A stretch of 64,000 bases of DNA, from the IMG/VR virus record IMGVR_UViG_3300020048_000016, one strand, 5' to 3'. Every line of letters begins with the position of its first letter. Position 1 is the stretch's first letter. A model generated the notes under the pieces. The model had not been told where the DNA came from, searched no databases, and saw only the letters and a program-made list of their open reading frames with translations. Positions 21,165 to 31,204 of this stretch are shown piece by piece. Source of the DNA: an uncultured virus (IMG/VR IMGVR_UViG_3300020048_000016) (taxonomy: Duplodnaviria > Heunggongvirae > Uroviricota > Caudoviricetes). The position numbers and the translations under genes were made by a program.

Positions 21165-21785
21165 TTATTCTGTTTCATAATCTAGTTTCTCATTATCACC
21201 AAACTTTTTATCAATTTCTAATTTTAGATATATGATATATTCTTCAAGGCTCATTTCATTACCACTTTCTTCTGGTTGTGCTTGTCCTTCTTTTGGTTTT
21301 TTAACTATAGATACTTTTAAATCATTATTTTCATTTTTTATTTCAATAGACTCACCTATCTCGCCATAATATTCAATAGTTGCAGATTCGTACTTCTTCA
21401 ACTTAACTTCGAATTTATTAATATCACCTTCTGATGTAGCACCATTAGCATCTTTTATATCAGTAGAAATATAAAGAGTGTATGAAGAATCAAAATCTGA
21501 AAATTTAAAAGTTAAAGATTCAACAATTGATGAATGACCTTTACCCATTTCAGAACTATCTTGACTAAGATTTAAATCTTTTATTGTTAGTTTCTTTTGA
21601 TTTTTTTCTTTTGCTTGTCTAATAGATATCTTTTCGATCTCATCATCATTTTCGACATTATCACTATGTTCCGGTATCAATTCTTCAATCTTAGTTTTGA
21701 TAATATTCAATTTACTACGCATATGAGTTTCTGATGTACTACCTTCATTAATGAATTCAATGTACTTTAATATTTTATCTTCCAT
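21165..21785 (-). CDS. putative head-associated acidic protein
   Basis: MEDKILKYIEFINE leader; TAATATATA at 21790-21798. Confidence 0.55.
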   Translation of the reverse strand: MEDKILKYIEFINEGSTSETHMRSKLNIIKTKIEELIPEHSDNVENDDEIEKISIRQAKEKNQKKLTIKDLNLSQDSSEMGKGHSSIVESLTFKFSDFDSSYTLYISTDIKDANGATSEGDINKFEVKLKKYESATIEYYGEIGESIEIKNENNDLKVSIVKKPKEGQAQPEESGNEMSLEEYIIYLKLEIDKKFGDNEKLDYETE

Positions 21786-21837
21786 AACATATATATTAAA
21801 TATTCTTTTTATAAAAACACATTTTAATATATATGTT

Positions 21838-22152
21838 ATGAAAACATTTAACGATTTAATATTTGTAGTTAGACCAATAGATCCTGCAGTTTATATGGAA
21901 GCACTTAAACAATATCCCACACCTTGGGAAACAGATTATGGTATCTGGTCAAACATTATTTTTGATAATGGTTATGGTGCTCGTGTAGCAAAAGGACCTC
22001 AAACAATTGGTGGACCTGATGGTTTATACGAAGTAAACGTTTTAGATAGTTCTAGTAAAGTTCTAGAAACAAGTTCAGTAATGACTGGCTCAGTTGGTAA
22101 CTTAGATGAAGCAGGTGTTACAGATTATATGCAAAGAATACAATCTATTTAA
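21838..22152 (+). CDS. conserved phage hypothetical protein
   Basis: FDNGYGARV...GGPDGLYEV motif; TAATATATA at 21825. Confidence 0.6.
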   Translation: MKTFNDLIFVVRPIDPAVYMEALKQYPTPWETDYGIWSNIIFDNGYGARVAKGPQTIGGPDGLYEVNVLDSSSKVLETSSVMTGSVGNLDEAGVTDYMQRIQSI

Positions 22153-22471
22153 TATATTCTCTTATAGCCTTATTTATAGAAGCGATTGTATATTTCTCAC
22201 CCTTTTCCGACTTAAAATCATTAGCAATTTTCCTCATTGCTGTGACTTTTGAACCCATTGGATTTCCTAAATAAACTTGTTTATCATCAACCATAACATA
22301 TCTAGCTATTGATTCTTCATCACCAATTACTTCTTTACCTAGAACCATTTTAGATTTACCAAAAGGAACTTTTCTATCTTTTATCGGATATTCTTTTTTA
22401 AGAAGTTTAATTATTTCTTCTACTTCGTTTTCGTTAGGTTTGTAACCTTCAAATGTCATTATATGTTTCAT
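22145..22471 (-). CDS. putative internal head protein
   Basis: MKHIMTFEGY leader; TAATATATA at 22477. Confidence 0.55.
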   Translation of the reverse strand: MKHIMTFEGYKPNENEVEEIIKLLKKEYPIKDRKVPFGKSKMVLGKEVIGDEESIARYVMVDDKQVYLGNPMGSKVTAMRKIANDFKSEKGEKYTIASINKAIREYIK

Positions 22472-22488
22472 AGTAATATATATTATTT

Positions 22489-22947
22489 TTAATCGTAAAA
22501 ATTCTGTCTAAAATACAACTTAATAAATTGATATTTTATGTCTGGTAATGTTTTTAATAATAAATCACTATTATTAAGATTTGCATTAAATTTATATCTT
22601 TCATTAGTTAATGTATCACCATTATTAGTAATATTTCCATTATTAGTATCGTTTGGTCTACCATTCTCACGATCTGGACTAAAAGTAAGCACAGTATAAA
22701 GTCCGATTCTTTCGTCTTCATATAAATATGATAACAAATGTTTTATTCTCGATTCAATATCCTCTAATTTAAAATATTTATTAGATTCTATTTTTATATC
22801 ATAGTAACCTTCCATATCATAATAAGCATCTACCTCAATAGTGAAACCTGAATCCTCTAAATCTCTTAGAATTTCTTCACACTCAGATACTATATCTTTT
22901 ATTTTTAAAGAGTATGTCCAATTTTCAAATAATTTGATATACTTCAT
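22489..22947 (-). CDS. putative internal head protein
   Basis: MKYIKLFENW leader. Confidence 0.55.
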   Translation of the reverse strand: MKYIKLFENWTYSLKIKDIVSECEEILRDLEDSGFTIEVDAYYDMEGYYDIKIESNKYFKLEDIESRIKHLLSYLYEDERIGLYTVLTFSPDRENGRPNDTNNGNITNNGDTLTNERYKFNANLNNSDLLLKTLPDIKYQFIKLYFRQNFYD

Positions 22948-23615
22948 TACTTAACTTTTATTTTATAAGCAGACTTAACGGTTACACCTTTAAGATCTGG
23001 TATATTCTCAACCTTTTGTGCACCAACACTTTTAACTAATTCATCAGATATACCAGTTAATGATGTGAATGCAATTGTACCACCTACACCAGCAACTTTT
23101 GATTCCATTCTAGATGCAGTATTAACAGCATTACCAAAGAAGTCTCTTAAATTAGCATTCTGTATGTTATACGATTTCTCTTGCATATTACCTTGACAAA
23201 TACCAACTCTTAATGGTAATTTTTCACTCAATAATATTTTCTTTGCGCAATTTATAGCATTTTGTAATGAACCTTTTCCTTTACCAAAATAAATCATAAA
23301 TGCATCACCTATAGTCTTAACTACGAATCCATTATATTGTTTAGCAATACTATTCATTAATTCGAAATGTTTGTTTAATTGCAAAGACATAGTTTGTGCA
23401 TCGTCAGACCATAACTTTGAAGATCCAACAACATCAGTAAACATAATTGATGGTGCTACATTCTCAGCATTTGCTTGAGCATTTTCACCATCTTTTGCAT
23501 TCTCTTGCTCATCCGTAAGAAGACGACCTGATCTTTCTTTTGTTGGCTTTGCTTCTACTGGTTTTTGAGCAACTTCTTCTGCTTCAAATAACTTAAATTT
23601 TACTATATTTTTCAT
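22947..23615 (-). CDS. class III adenylate/guanylate cyclase with capsid-targeting-like leader
   Basis: IMFTDVVGSS, VVKTIGDAFM, LRVGI, DFFGNAVNTASRME; leader MKNIVKFKLFEAEE. Confidence 0.9.
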   Translation of the reverse strand: MKNIVKFKLFEAEEVAQKPVEAKPTKERSGRLLTDEQENAKDGENAQANAENVAPSIMFTDVVGSSKLWSDDAQTMSLQLNKHFELMNSIAKQYNGFVVKTIGDAFMIYFGKGKGSLQNAINCAKKILLSEKLPLRVGICQGNMQEKSYNIQNANLRDFFGNAVNTASRMESKVAGVGGTIAFTSLTGISDELVKSVGAQKVENIPDLKGVTVKSAYKIKVK

Positions 23616-24019
23616 TTTACAAATTTTAATTTTACTGAAACTATTGTATCATAATCCGATATTAATGAATCATATCCACTTTCAGAGTATTCAAAATACG
23701 AAGTGTCTTCACTACCTTCTTCATCCCAGTAATTTAAAAGTAATATTATATGATCAAATTCCTCTGTTGAATTAATATAACTTGCCATTTGTTTTATAAC
23801 AGGTTTTATCTCTTCTAAATTCTCTTCTGTGAAGAAATTACCATTTTTCCATATTCTAGCATCTATACTTAATAATTCATTATTTCTATATGTGAATTTA
23901 CTAACATCATATAGATATTCGGGATTGTCTTGTCTTAATGGAATTAGCATATCTTTTAATTCCTCAATTATTTCATTATAGTCTTCTAAACTTTCATTGA
24001 ATCTTTTTAAATATTTCAT
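23612..24019 (-). CDS. putative internal head protein
   Basis: True start is MKYLKRFNES at 24019; TAATATATA at 24024-24032. Confidence 0.6.
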   Translation of the reverse strand: MKYLKRFNESLEDYNEIIEELKDMLIPLRQDNPEYLYDVSKFTYRNNELLSIDARIWKNGNFFTEENLEEIKPVIKQMASYINSTEEFDHIILLLNYWDEEGSEDTSYFEYSESGYDSLISDYDTIVSVKLKFVK

Positions 24020-24056
24020 AGTGTATATATTAAATATTTTTATTATATTTGTATTT

Positions 24057-24980
24057 ATGAATAGAATCGGATATTGTTGTATAGCCATCGGATGTAATGA
24101 TGGTAAGAAAAAGAAAGATTATATCACTGTTAATCGTGGTATGGTTAAAAAAACATTTTTAGCAAAAGGTATTCCTTATGTTTCGGAACTCGTTATAGAG
24201 AACCTTAAAGATACTCTAGAAGTATTGAAATATAATCTATCTAAAAAAATCTATGTATATAGAATGTCTAGTGATTCATTTCCCTGGATGTCCGAGTATG
24301 AGTTTGCGGATCTACCAAACTTTAACTATATACAAAGTCTTTTAATCAAAATAGGAAACTTTGTAAAAGAAAATGATCTTAGAGTATCATATCATCCAGG
24401 TCCTTTCAATGTTTTAGCAAGTGAAAATCAATCTGTAGTTGAAAAAACAATTTATGAATTGAATAAACACGCAGAACTTATGGATCTTATGGGTTTAGAT
24501 AAATCACACTACTATCCGATAAATATTCACATCAATACTACAAAACCAACCAGAGAAGAAGCAGCGCAGAGATTTGTTGATAACTTTGCATTATTAACTG
24601 ACTCTTGTAAGAGTAGATTAACATTAGAGAATGATGATAGTCCAAATCAATACTCAGTTAAAATATTACACGACTTAGTTTATACTAAAGTCGGTATTCC
24701 AATTGTATTTGATCAACATCACTTCAACTATGGTCCACAAGATCAAAGTATGGAAGAAGCACTTAGATTAGCACATTCAACTTGGAATGTAAAACCTATG
24801 ACACATATTAGTTCACCTAAAATATTAGAAGATGCTACTGGAAGAGCAACCGCACATGCAGATTACATTTATGAAGAAATTGAAACTTTTGGCCTTGAAT
24901 TTGATACAGAAATTGAAGCGAAGGCTAAAGACCTTGCCGTCATTAAGTATAGAAGTCAATTCCAATTACTCAAAGGCTAG
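24057..24980 (+). CDS. uvsE: UV damage endonuclease UvsE/UVDE
   Basis: RIGYCC, YRMSSD.FPW, HPGPFNVLAS, LENDD, VFDQHH, HADYI, EAKAKD. Confidence 0.93.
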   Translation: MNRIGYCCIAIGCNDGKKKKDYITVNRGMVKKTFLAKGIPYVSELVIENLKDTLEVLKYNLSKKIYVYRMSSDSFPWMSEYEFADLPNFNYIQSLLIKIGNFVKENDLRVSYHPGPFNVLASENQSVVEKTIYELNKHAELMDLMGLDKSHYYPINIHINTTKPTREEAAQRFVDNFALLTDSCKSRLTLENDDSPNQYSVKILHDLVYTKVGIPIVFDQHHFNYGPQDQSMEEALRLAHSTWNVKPMTHISSPKILEDATGRATAHADYIYEEIETFGLEFDTEIEAKAKDLAVIKYRSQFQLLKG

Positions 24981-25245
24981 GTTTAAAGTAGGTGATGAAG
25001 TTTTGATTACATCTCGTAAGAATCTAGTACAAGGTGGTTCTATAGAAGGTGTTGTTTTAGAAGTAGTTCTTGTAGGTAAACTAAGAGGTGATAGTATAGA
25101 CGAATGGCTTTATCAAGTTCAATATAATCCGGTTGAAGGTAGAAGTATAGGAAAGCACAAACACATTAATTATTTTAATGAAAGTGAATTAGATTTTACA
25201 CTACAAAGAAAGAGAGAAGATAAATTAAAAGAATTAGGTATATGA
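24934..25245 (+). CDS. small SH3/KOW-like protein with C-terminal tag (start uncertain)
   Basis: RFKVGDEV...; ends KREDKLKELGI. Confidence 0.55.
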   Translation: MPSLSIEVNSNYSKARFKVGDEVLITSRKNLVQGGSIEGVVLEVVLVGKLRGDSIDEWLYQVQYNPVEGRSIGKHKHINYFNESELDFTLQRKREDKLKELGI

Positions 25246-25661
25246 AAGAACAATTAAACGAAATAGTAGAAACGCTAATATCAGCAACTAAAAATGGAAG
25301 TATTTCTTGGAATGAGAAAGAGCCAAATTCAAAGACCAGAGGATATAAAAGAAGAATGGTCGCAAATGGTTCGGACAATTCTTCTTTTGAAATTAACATA
25401 GAATATACACTTACTGATGATAAATGGCGATTAGAAGAAAATAGTATGTGGGTTGTAAATCCCATTCTACCTGATGGTAGACATATGATTTCTACATACG
25501 CTAATAAAAATATTACTATTCTAAGAGATTTGATAATCAAAGAGTTCTGTAAAGATCTAAACCCAAGTATAAAGGTAGTAGAAGATATTCTAACCGATAT
25601 TTGTAAAAATATTTCAATATCTACACTAAGAGATAATAAACTAAAAGATCTTGGTATATAA
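25242..25661 (+). CDS. hypothetical protein with C-terminal tag
   Basis: Ends LRDNKLKDLGI. Confidence 0.65.
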   Translation: MKEQLNEIVETLISATKNGSISWNEKEPNSKTRGYKRRMVANGSDNSSFEINIEYTLTDDKWRLEENSMWVVNPILPDGRHMISTYANKNITILRDLIIKEFCKDLNPSIKVVEDILTDICKNISISTLRDNKLKDLGI

Positions 25662-26059
25662 TGAATTATAGAGAGATAATAGATGAGATAAAAGATATCA
25701 CAAAAAATCTCACCATAATTGAGGGCATTGTTGATATACACCATTCACACTCATTTCACGAAATAAATTATTATGAAATAAAAAACGCTTCTAATTCTTT
25801 CTGGACAATTTTAGGAAACGCTAATGAAGATGAAATAAAAGAATGTTTAGAAGATTATCCATTTGATGAAAATAATGTTCAAGACGAAGGCGAATATCAC
25901 TTTAACGCAGTTTTAAAATATGATGGTAGTGAACCTGATCATTATGGTTATTGGTATATAGATTATATTGAAATGACTTTTCAACAAACTTTTATAGAAA
26001 GAGAAAGAGAAGAAAAACTATTTAGATTATTAGATGATGATCCGGATATTTTTTCATAA
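25661..26059 (+). CDS. hypothetical protein with C-terminal tag
   Basis: Ends EREEKLFRLLDDDPDIFS. Confidence 0.6.
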   Translation: MNYREIIDEIKDITKNLTIIEGIVDIHHSHSFHEINYYEIKNASNSFWTILGNANEDEIKECLEDYPFDENNVQDEGEYHFNAVLKYDGSEPDHYGYWYIDYIEMTFQQTFIEREREEKLFRLLDDDPDIFS

Positions 26060-26068
26060 CTTTGCAAT

Positions 26069-26386
26069 ATGAAAGAAAAAATATTTAAACTGGCGAAGAT
26101 AGAAGCAGAATGGATGCGATACTATGGCTTTGTTGATTCTAGAATGGAAGAACAATTTGAAGATATTGACTTCTATGATAGAATGATACCTATCGGTTAT
26201 TCAAAAGTATATACTCCATTAGTTCATAAGTGTCCTATGGGTTATGTGAATAGTTTAGACACTGAGATTGTAGAAGTCGTTTATGGTCCAAGAGATCATG
26301 ATAAAGGTGTTTATACACCATTAGAATTTGTGATCTATAATAAGATTGAAGGTTATTTAGACTTAATAAAACTTATAAAGGGTTAA
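26069..26386 (+). CDS. hypothetical protein
   Basis: TAACTTTG 4 nt before the ATG; YTPLE motif. Confidence 0.6.
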   Translation: MKEKIFKLAKIEAEWMRYYGFVDSRMEEQFEDIDFYDRMIPIGYSKVYTPLVHKCPMGYVNSLDTEIVEVVYGPRDHDKGVYTPLEFVIYNKIEGYLDLIKLIKG

Positions 26387-26815
26387 TTATTGAAAACTAA
26401 TCCATTTAACTGAGATGTTTTGTCCGACTTCTTTATAAACAAAAAACCCTGACTTTCTATTACTAAAGTCTATTCCTTTTGATCTCAATAAAGATTGAAT
26501 TGAAATATCTGCTGCTGATTTGGTTTGACCAGTAGATTCAATACCAGAATCTACTAATTTTTTATCACTTGGTATTAATGTGCCAGGTGCTGGTGAATAA
26601 CCATCTCTTTCTAATTTCTCAATAGTTAATCCAGAACTAGCCATACTTTCTATTTTATCTTTTAATTTATCACCTAAACCTTGACTACTAGCATTTGCGT
26701 TATTGGATACCAATGAAGATGCTGCTATACCAAGCGCAAGTGCCCAATTTTTCCAACTCTCTTCTAATAGTTCATCATTAAGATTGTAATTTTCAAATGT
26801 TTTCAAATATTTCAT
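26387..26815 (-). CDS. putative internal head protein with hydrophobic segment after the leader
   Basis: MKYLKTFENY...LLEE then WKNWALALGIAASSLV. Confidence 0.55.
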   Translation of the reverse strand: MKYLKTFENYNLNDELLEESWKNWALALGIAASSLVSNNANASSQGLGDKLKDKIESMASSGLTIEKLERDGYSPAPGTLIPSDKKLVDSGIESTGQTKSAADISIQSLLRSKGIDFSNRKSGFFVYKEVGQNISVKWISFQ

Positions 26816-26842
26816 AATGTATATATCTTTTTAATCATAACT

Positions 26843-27763
26843 TTATAAACTTAACTTCTCACCACTTCTTGAATTAAACACTATACTTTTATCTTTATCT
26901 CCTTGAATTCCACCACTTTTAAAGTAAAAACCATCATCTTTCATTTTATCAGTAATTTTAGAAATAGTGATAAAATCTTCAATAGTTATTTTTGTTTTTA
27001 GTTTTTCATTCAATTCTATCATAGATTCTTCAATCTCGTCCAATGTGTATTTTTTATCATCAGGAAATGAAGTATCAACAGTTTCTGATAATTGAAACCA
27101 TTCAAAAAACTTTTCAATCTTACCTTTTACATTCATATCCGGTTCACCAGAAGTTCTCTTCACTAAATTATCACTTAAATAAGTAGTAATCGGTGTGTAA
27201 ATAATATACTCTGTTATATCATCATAAAACTTAGTGATTGTTGGTCTAACATCATCAAATAAAATTGTACCAGGTCCCCATAAATAAGAAATTAGTGCTA
27301 GTTTTAAAACTCTACTATCTTGTTGTGTAATCGTTTGTGGACAAAAAGTATTTTCTTTAGTAAGAATCTCAAATAATGGATTTAGAATATTCTTTTCTTC
27401 TTCATCAGCTTCATTCTTCCACTGGTCAAACCATTTTTTATCTACACTATCATCTACATAAGCAATCAAAAAAACTCCACCAATATCTTTTATATCAGAT
27501 TTTGATATCTCTGCTAACTTAGGACAACCTTTTGCTTCCAATAACTCAGTAATTTTTTCTTGTTCACCATCTTCATTATCAGTTGTGATTAGACAATTAC
27601 CTTTAAAATCTGTTGATTTCATCCAGTGTTCAATTCCGATTTGACCAGCTAAATAGGTTTTACCAGTTGCACTTGGTCCACATAATAAGAATAGTTTTTT
27701 ATCTTTATGATCTAATTTTTCTAAAATTAGTCTAAATTGTTCATATAACTTTAAGTATTTCAT
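26843..27763 (-). CDS. P-loop kinase/NTPase with capsid-targeting-like leader
   Basis: LLCGPSATGKT Walker A; ILFDD; leader MKYLKLYEQFRLILE. Confidence 0.7.
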   Translation of the reverse strand: MKYLKLYEQFRLILEKLDHKDKKLFLLCGPSATGKTYLAGQIGIEHWMKSTDFKGNCLITTDNEDGEQEKITELLEAKGCPKLAEISKSDIKDIGGVFLIAYVDDSVDKKWFDQWKNEADEEEKNILNPLFEILTKENTFCPQTITQQDSRVLKLALISYLWGPGTILFDDVRPTITKFYDDITEYIIYTPITTYLSDNLVKRTSGEPDMNVKGKIEKFFEWFQLSETVDTSFPDDKKYTLDEIEESMIELNEKLKTKITIEDFITISKITDKMKDDGFYFKSGGIQGDKDKSIVFNSRSGEKLSL

Positions 27764-27804
27764 AATAACTTTTTTTTTACATAATTATATATTATATTTG
27801 TTAA

Positions 27805-28008
27805 ATGAAAAGTTATATTAAATACGAAAAAGAGTACATTCAATATTTAATTGAAAATAAAAAGTCAATTGATACCGAATTACTGGATAAATATTTCCTA
27901 GATGAGATAGATTTCCAATCGGTTATCGATACCATTAATTTAGATGAAATACAATCATTTCAATCATTCACTAAATCGAAAAAGATAGATCAACTATTTG
28001 GAAAGTAA
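27805..28008 (+). CDS. hypothetical protein with C-terminal tag variant
   Basis: Ends KSKKIDQLFGK. Confidence 0.55.
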   Translation: MKSYIKYEKEYIQYLIENKKSIDTELLDKYFLDEIDFQSVIDTINLDEIQSFQSFTKSKKIDQLFGK

Positions 28009-28042
28009 TTAATTTGATATATAAAAACAAAAATCAAAATTA

Positions 28043-28690
28043 ATGAAAAATCTATTAGTATTGTTATTAATTATTATAAGTACTTCTTTATTCAGTCAAA
28101 ATAAAGTAGATACTATAATAACTAATAAAGCATATTCTGCTTATGTTAATAAAGAATTGGGACAACCTCTATATGTAAAATATAAACTTTATAAGGGTGG
28201 TGGTAAATGCCAGAGAGCAACTAATTGGGTAAATGATACCAAATTAAAATTAGTTAACGAAAATCAATATAAAGGTAGCGAATATGATAAAGGACATTTA
28301 GCAAATGCTGAAGATTTTGCATATGATTGTACTTTAGATTCATTAACTTTCCGTGATTATAATAGAATACCACAAGCTAAGAAACTTAATAGAGGTATAT
28401 GGAAAGTAGATGAAACCGAAATAAGAAAAATTTCACAAACAGATTCACTTATTGTTTATTGTGGTGGTTATTGGGATTCTTCTTGTAAATTAGTTAACGG
28501 TATGAAGATACCAAAACAATGTTGGAAAGTTGTTTATAGTTTATCTAAGAAAAAAGTTATTTATTGTTATGTTTTCGAAAATACAGAAACTCCTATTAAA
28601 ACAGAATGGTCATTAGCAAATTTAGAAGCGTTACTAGGTTACTCAATTGTCGTAACTGAACCAAAGAAAGTAAAAAGTAAAAAGAAATAA
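28043..28690 (+). CDS. secreted DNA/RNA non-specific endonuclease (NucA-like)
   Basis: Signal peptide; YDKGHL, NRIPQ..LNRGIWK, IPKQCWKVV. Confidence 0.88.
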   Translation: MKNLLVLLLIIISTSLFSQNKVDTIITNKAYSAYVNKELGQPLYVKYKLYKGGGKCQRATNWVNDTKLKLVNENQYKGSEYDKGHLANAEDFAYDCTLDSLTFRDYNRIPQAKKLNRGIWKVDETEIRKISQTDSLIVYCGGYWDSSCKLVNGMKIPKQCWKVVYSLSKKKVIYCYVFENTETPIKTEWSLANLEALLGYSIVVTEPKKVKSKKK

Positions 28691-28713
28691 AAAAAACTAA
28701 TTGCTCTCTTTTT

Positions 28714-29151
28714 TTATTTACTTAGTTCTGGATATTTACTTCTTACGTTATCACTTATCTTTATCGCTTCATCATATTCATTAATTCTTACGAATACTGT
28801 CTCACATTTTAATGCAATACTTTCTTTTTCGGTATCAACTGAATGTGTTCTTATCTCTGCAGTAAGTGTAATTGATGTATTACCGATCTTTTTAATACCT
28901 ACATATGTCTTATAGATTTGATTTGCTGAAATTGCTTTAATAAACTCAACATTCATAGTTTTTGTTACGATCCAGGGTGTATCACAAACTTCTGCTGCAA
29001 ATACCGCACATACAGAATCTAATTCCGCCATCTGATCAGCTCCAAACATACGACTATGAACACCAATATCTTTTCCTTTACAGAATTGTGTATTTCTACA
29101 TATCAATTCACCTTTATTTAATAATATTACGTTAAATTCTCTTTGTGTCAT
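28714..29151 (-). CDS. hotdog-fold acyl-CoA thioesterase-like protein
   Basis: MFGA.QMAELD, VEFIKAI, IGNTSITL, TVFVRI. Confidence 0.75.
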   Translation of the reverse strand: MTQREFNVILLNKGELICRNTQFCKGKDIGVHSRMFGADQMAELDSVCAVFAAEVCDTPWIVTKTMNVEFIKAISANQIYKTYVGIKKIGNTSITLTAEIRTHSVDTEKESIALKCETVFVRINEYDEAIKISDNVRSKYPELSK

Positions 29152-29209
29152 AATTTTTAATTTAGAATGTAAATATAGTGAATATTTTCTTACTTATCAA
29201 TTATTATAT

Positions 29210-29947
29210 TTAATATATTCTAATTAATGGTTCATTTATCAATATACTTCTCATATTCCAATTATTTTTTATCCAAAATAATGTCGCATTCTTCTCTATC
29301 ATATCTGGTCCAAAATAATGAAGTCCATTCATTTTTAAGAAATCAGGATTGAAATTATCCTCTAACCCTTTTGAATCTAACCATTGTTTTAATATTAGAG
29401 ACTCCGGTGGTATTGGTTGATTCCACTCCATATATAAATCAAAAACTTTAATTAATATATCTATTTTACCAAAAATACAAAAATCGGATGGATAATCTTG
29501 ACCAAAATGAATTACACCTTCGCTTAATTGATTTTTTAAATCCTTAGGTATTTTGTATATTATTTCTGTACAATATTTAGGATTATAAGAATGCTCAAAA
29601 GATATTTCCTCATTTATTGGCCATATATTCTCTAAATTATAAAAAATACAATCATGTCTTATTTTCATAGCATGTTTAACTCCTAATTCCTTTAGTCTCA
29701 ATAAACCAAATAAACTAGATTGAAATTGCATATTACAATTTAAGTACCCAGAATATTCAGGTTTATCAATAAGAACAACTTCAATGCCAGATCTTTCTAT
29801 TTTAAGAATGTTTCTAGCCGGCTCATCACTCCAAGTACACCATACAGTAGGACAATCAAATTGACTCCATAAAATCATCTCATCAACTCTGTTAGTTGGA
29901 CCTTGAATTGCTATACCTGCACCATCTGGTAATTTAATTTTTTCCAT
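29210..29947 (-). CDS. WavE-like glycan/LPS synthesis protein
   Basis: IAIQGP, WCTW, N.NMQ..SSL.GL, MKIRHD, DFCIFG, PPES. Confidence 0.65.
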   Translation of the reverse strand: MEKIKLPDGAGIAIQGPTNRVDEMILWSQFDCPTVWCTWSDEPARNILKIERSGIEVVLIDKPEYSGYLNCNMQFQSSLFGLLRLKELGVKHAMKIRHDCIFYNLENIWPINEEISFEHSYNPKYCTEIIYKIPKDLKNQLSEGVIHFGQDYPSDFCIFGKIDILIKVFDLYMEWNQPIPPESLILKQWLDSKGLEDNFNPDFLKMNGLHYFGPDMIEKNATLFWIKNNWNMRSILINEPLIRIY

Positions 29948-29961
29948 AATGTCAATATTTT

Positions 29962-30216
29962 TTACTTATCAACTATTTCATCTATTATGTAATTTCTTAC
30001 AATAGATTTCAATTCAGATATAATCCTAGATGCAGATCTATTATCATTTGGGTAGTCCATCATATCCACCATACTTGGTTGATATACATATTTAGATTCG
30101 TCAAATTTGCTTATTAATGTAAAAATTGGTCCAAAAGTTATTTCACTCAATTCCATTTCTATATCGAAATATTTTTCAAATTTTGACAAATCATCGCTGA
30201 AAATATTCATATCCAA
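29962..30216 (-). CDS. hypothetical protein with C-terminal tag
   Basis: Ends VRNYIIDEIVDK. Confidence 0.55.
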   Translation of the reverse strand: MDMNIFSDDLSKFEKYFDIEMELSEITFGPIFTLISKFDESKYVYQPSMVDMMDYPNDNRSASRIISELKSIVRNYIIDEIVDK

Positions 30217-30626
30217 TCATATTTTACAATTTCGATACCAGCATCTCTTAGAAATTCTAAACCACTTATGTCTTTATAATCTTCAACATAAACAAGTCTT
30301 TTAATTCCAGATTGTAAAATTAATTTAGAACAGTCTCTACAAGGTGAATGTGTTTGATATAAAGTTGCACCATCACAAGATTGTCCGTGTCTAGCACATT
30401 TTAATATAGCATTAGCTTCTCCGTGAATTACAGACCATTTAGTTTCACCATTCTCCATCTCACACGAGTTTTCTTGACCAGCAGCGGTTCCATTGTAACC
30501 ATCTGATACAATCATACCACTTTTTACAATAAGTGCTCCTACTTGCTTTCTAGAGCAGTGAGACAACTTAGCCCACTCTCTTGCCATATTTAAATATGTT
30601 CTATCATATTTTTCTTGCTTCTGCAT
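30207..30626 (-). CDS. dCMP deaminase
   Basis: VGALIV, GYNG, HGEANA, SPCRDC zinc motifs. Confidence 0.93.
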   Translation of the reverse strand: MQKQEKYDRTYLNMAREWAKLSHCSRKQVGALIVKSGMIVSDGYNGTAAGQENSCEMENGETKWSVIHGEANAILKCARHGQSCDGATLYQTHSPCRDCSKLILQSGIKRLVYVEDYKDISGLEFLRDAGIEIVKYDWI

Positions 30627-30723
30627 ATATACTATTTATTTTAAGTTTTCTTATAAGGTTTTTTGGCAATGGTTCAAGATTCATATTATATCTACCCATC
30701 ATCAAATCAAGCATTCTTCCCAT
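30604..30723 (-). CDS. 39-aa micro-protein that is mostly the C-terminal tag (not in the ORF track)
   Basis: MGRMLDLMMGRYIMNLEPLPKNLIRKLKINSIYAEARKI*. Confidence 0.45.
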   Translation of the reverse strand: MGRMLDLMMGRYNMNLEPLPKNLIRKLKINSIYAEARKI

Positions 30724-30874
30724 CGAATATACAAATTATACTTATTTTTCTCTTCAAAGATCTTTGTTTTCTGATCATGTCTTTTAGAGCATTTCTAAAA
30801 GCAGATTCTGGATAAGTTCTACCATTACATTCTTTAGAAAGTTTTGCGATCTTTTCTAACTCTCTTGGACTCAT
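30707..30874 (-). CDS. 55-aa hypothetical protein with tag variant (not in the ORF track)
   Basis: MSPRELEKIAK...KRKISIICIFDGKNA*; ATGA-coupled to the upstream gene. Confidence 0.5.
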   Translation of the reverse strand: MSPRELEKIAKLSKECNGRTYPESAFRNALKDMIRKQRSLKRKISIICIFDGKNA

Positions 30875-31203
30875 CTTAACATCCAATCACCCATTCTGAT
30901 CTTTTTGAAATCAGAAACATCGTGGATATATTCATATATCCAACACTCGATATCACTCTCAGTTCTTATCTTAGTTCTAATATATTCATCACCTTCAAAC
31001 TCATCAAGTTCAGGAAATACTTTAGGATCTACTAAATAAACATCTCCAATTACTCTATCATTTCCTTTTCTTATAAATCCTGGATAGAATTCATTGACTT
31101 TATAAATTTCACCTTCAATTGTGGTTTTACCACAGAAAGTTGCTTCTTCTAAAAGACCCCTAGCAGAATCTCTAAATAAACCATAAACGAATAAGTACTC
31201 CAT
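30871..31203 (-). CDS. gamma-glutamylcyclotransferase (AIG2-like)
   Basis: LFVYG, YPG, LDEFEG..YIR, GDW. Confidence 0.88.
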   Translation of the reverse strand: MEYLFVYGLFRDSARGLLEEATFCGKTTIEGEIYKVNEFYPGFIRKGNDRVIGDVYLVDPKVFPELDEFEGDEYIRTKIRTESDIECWIYEYIHDVSDFKKIRMGDWMLR

Positions 31204-31204
31204 A

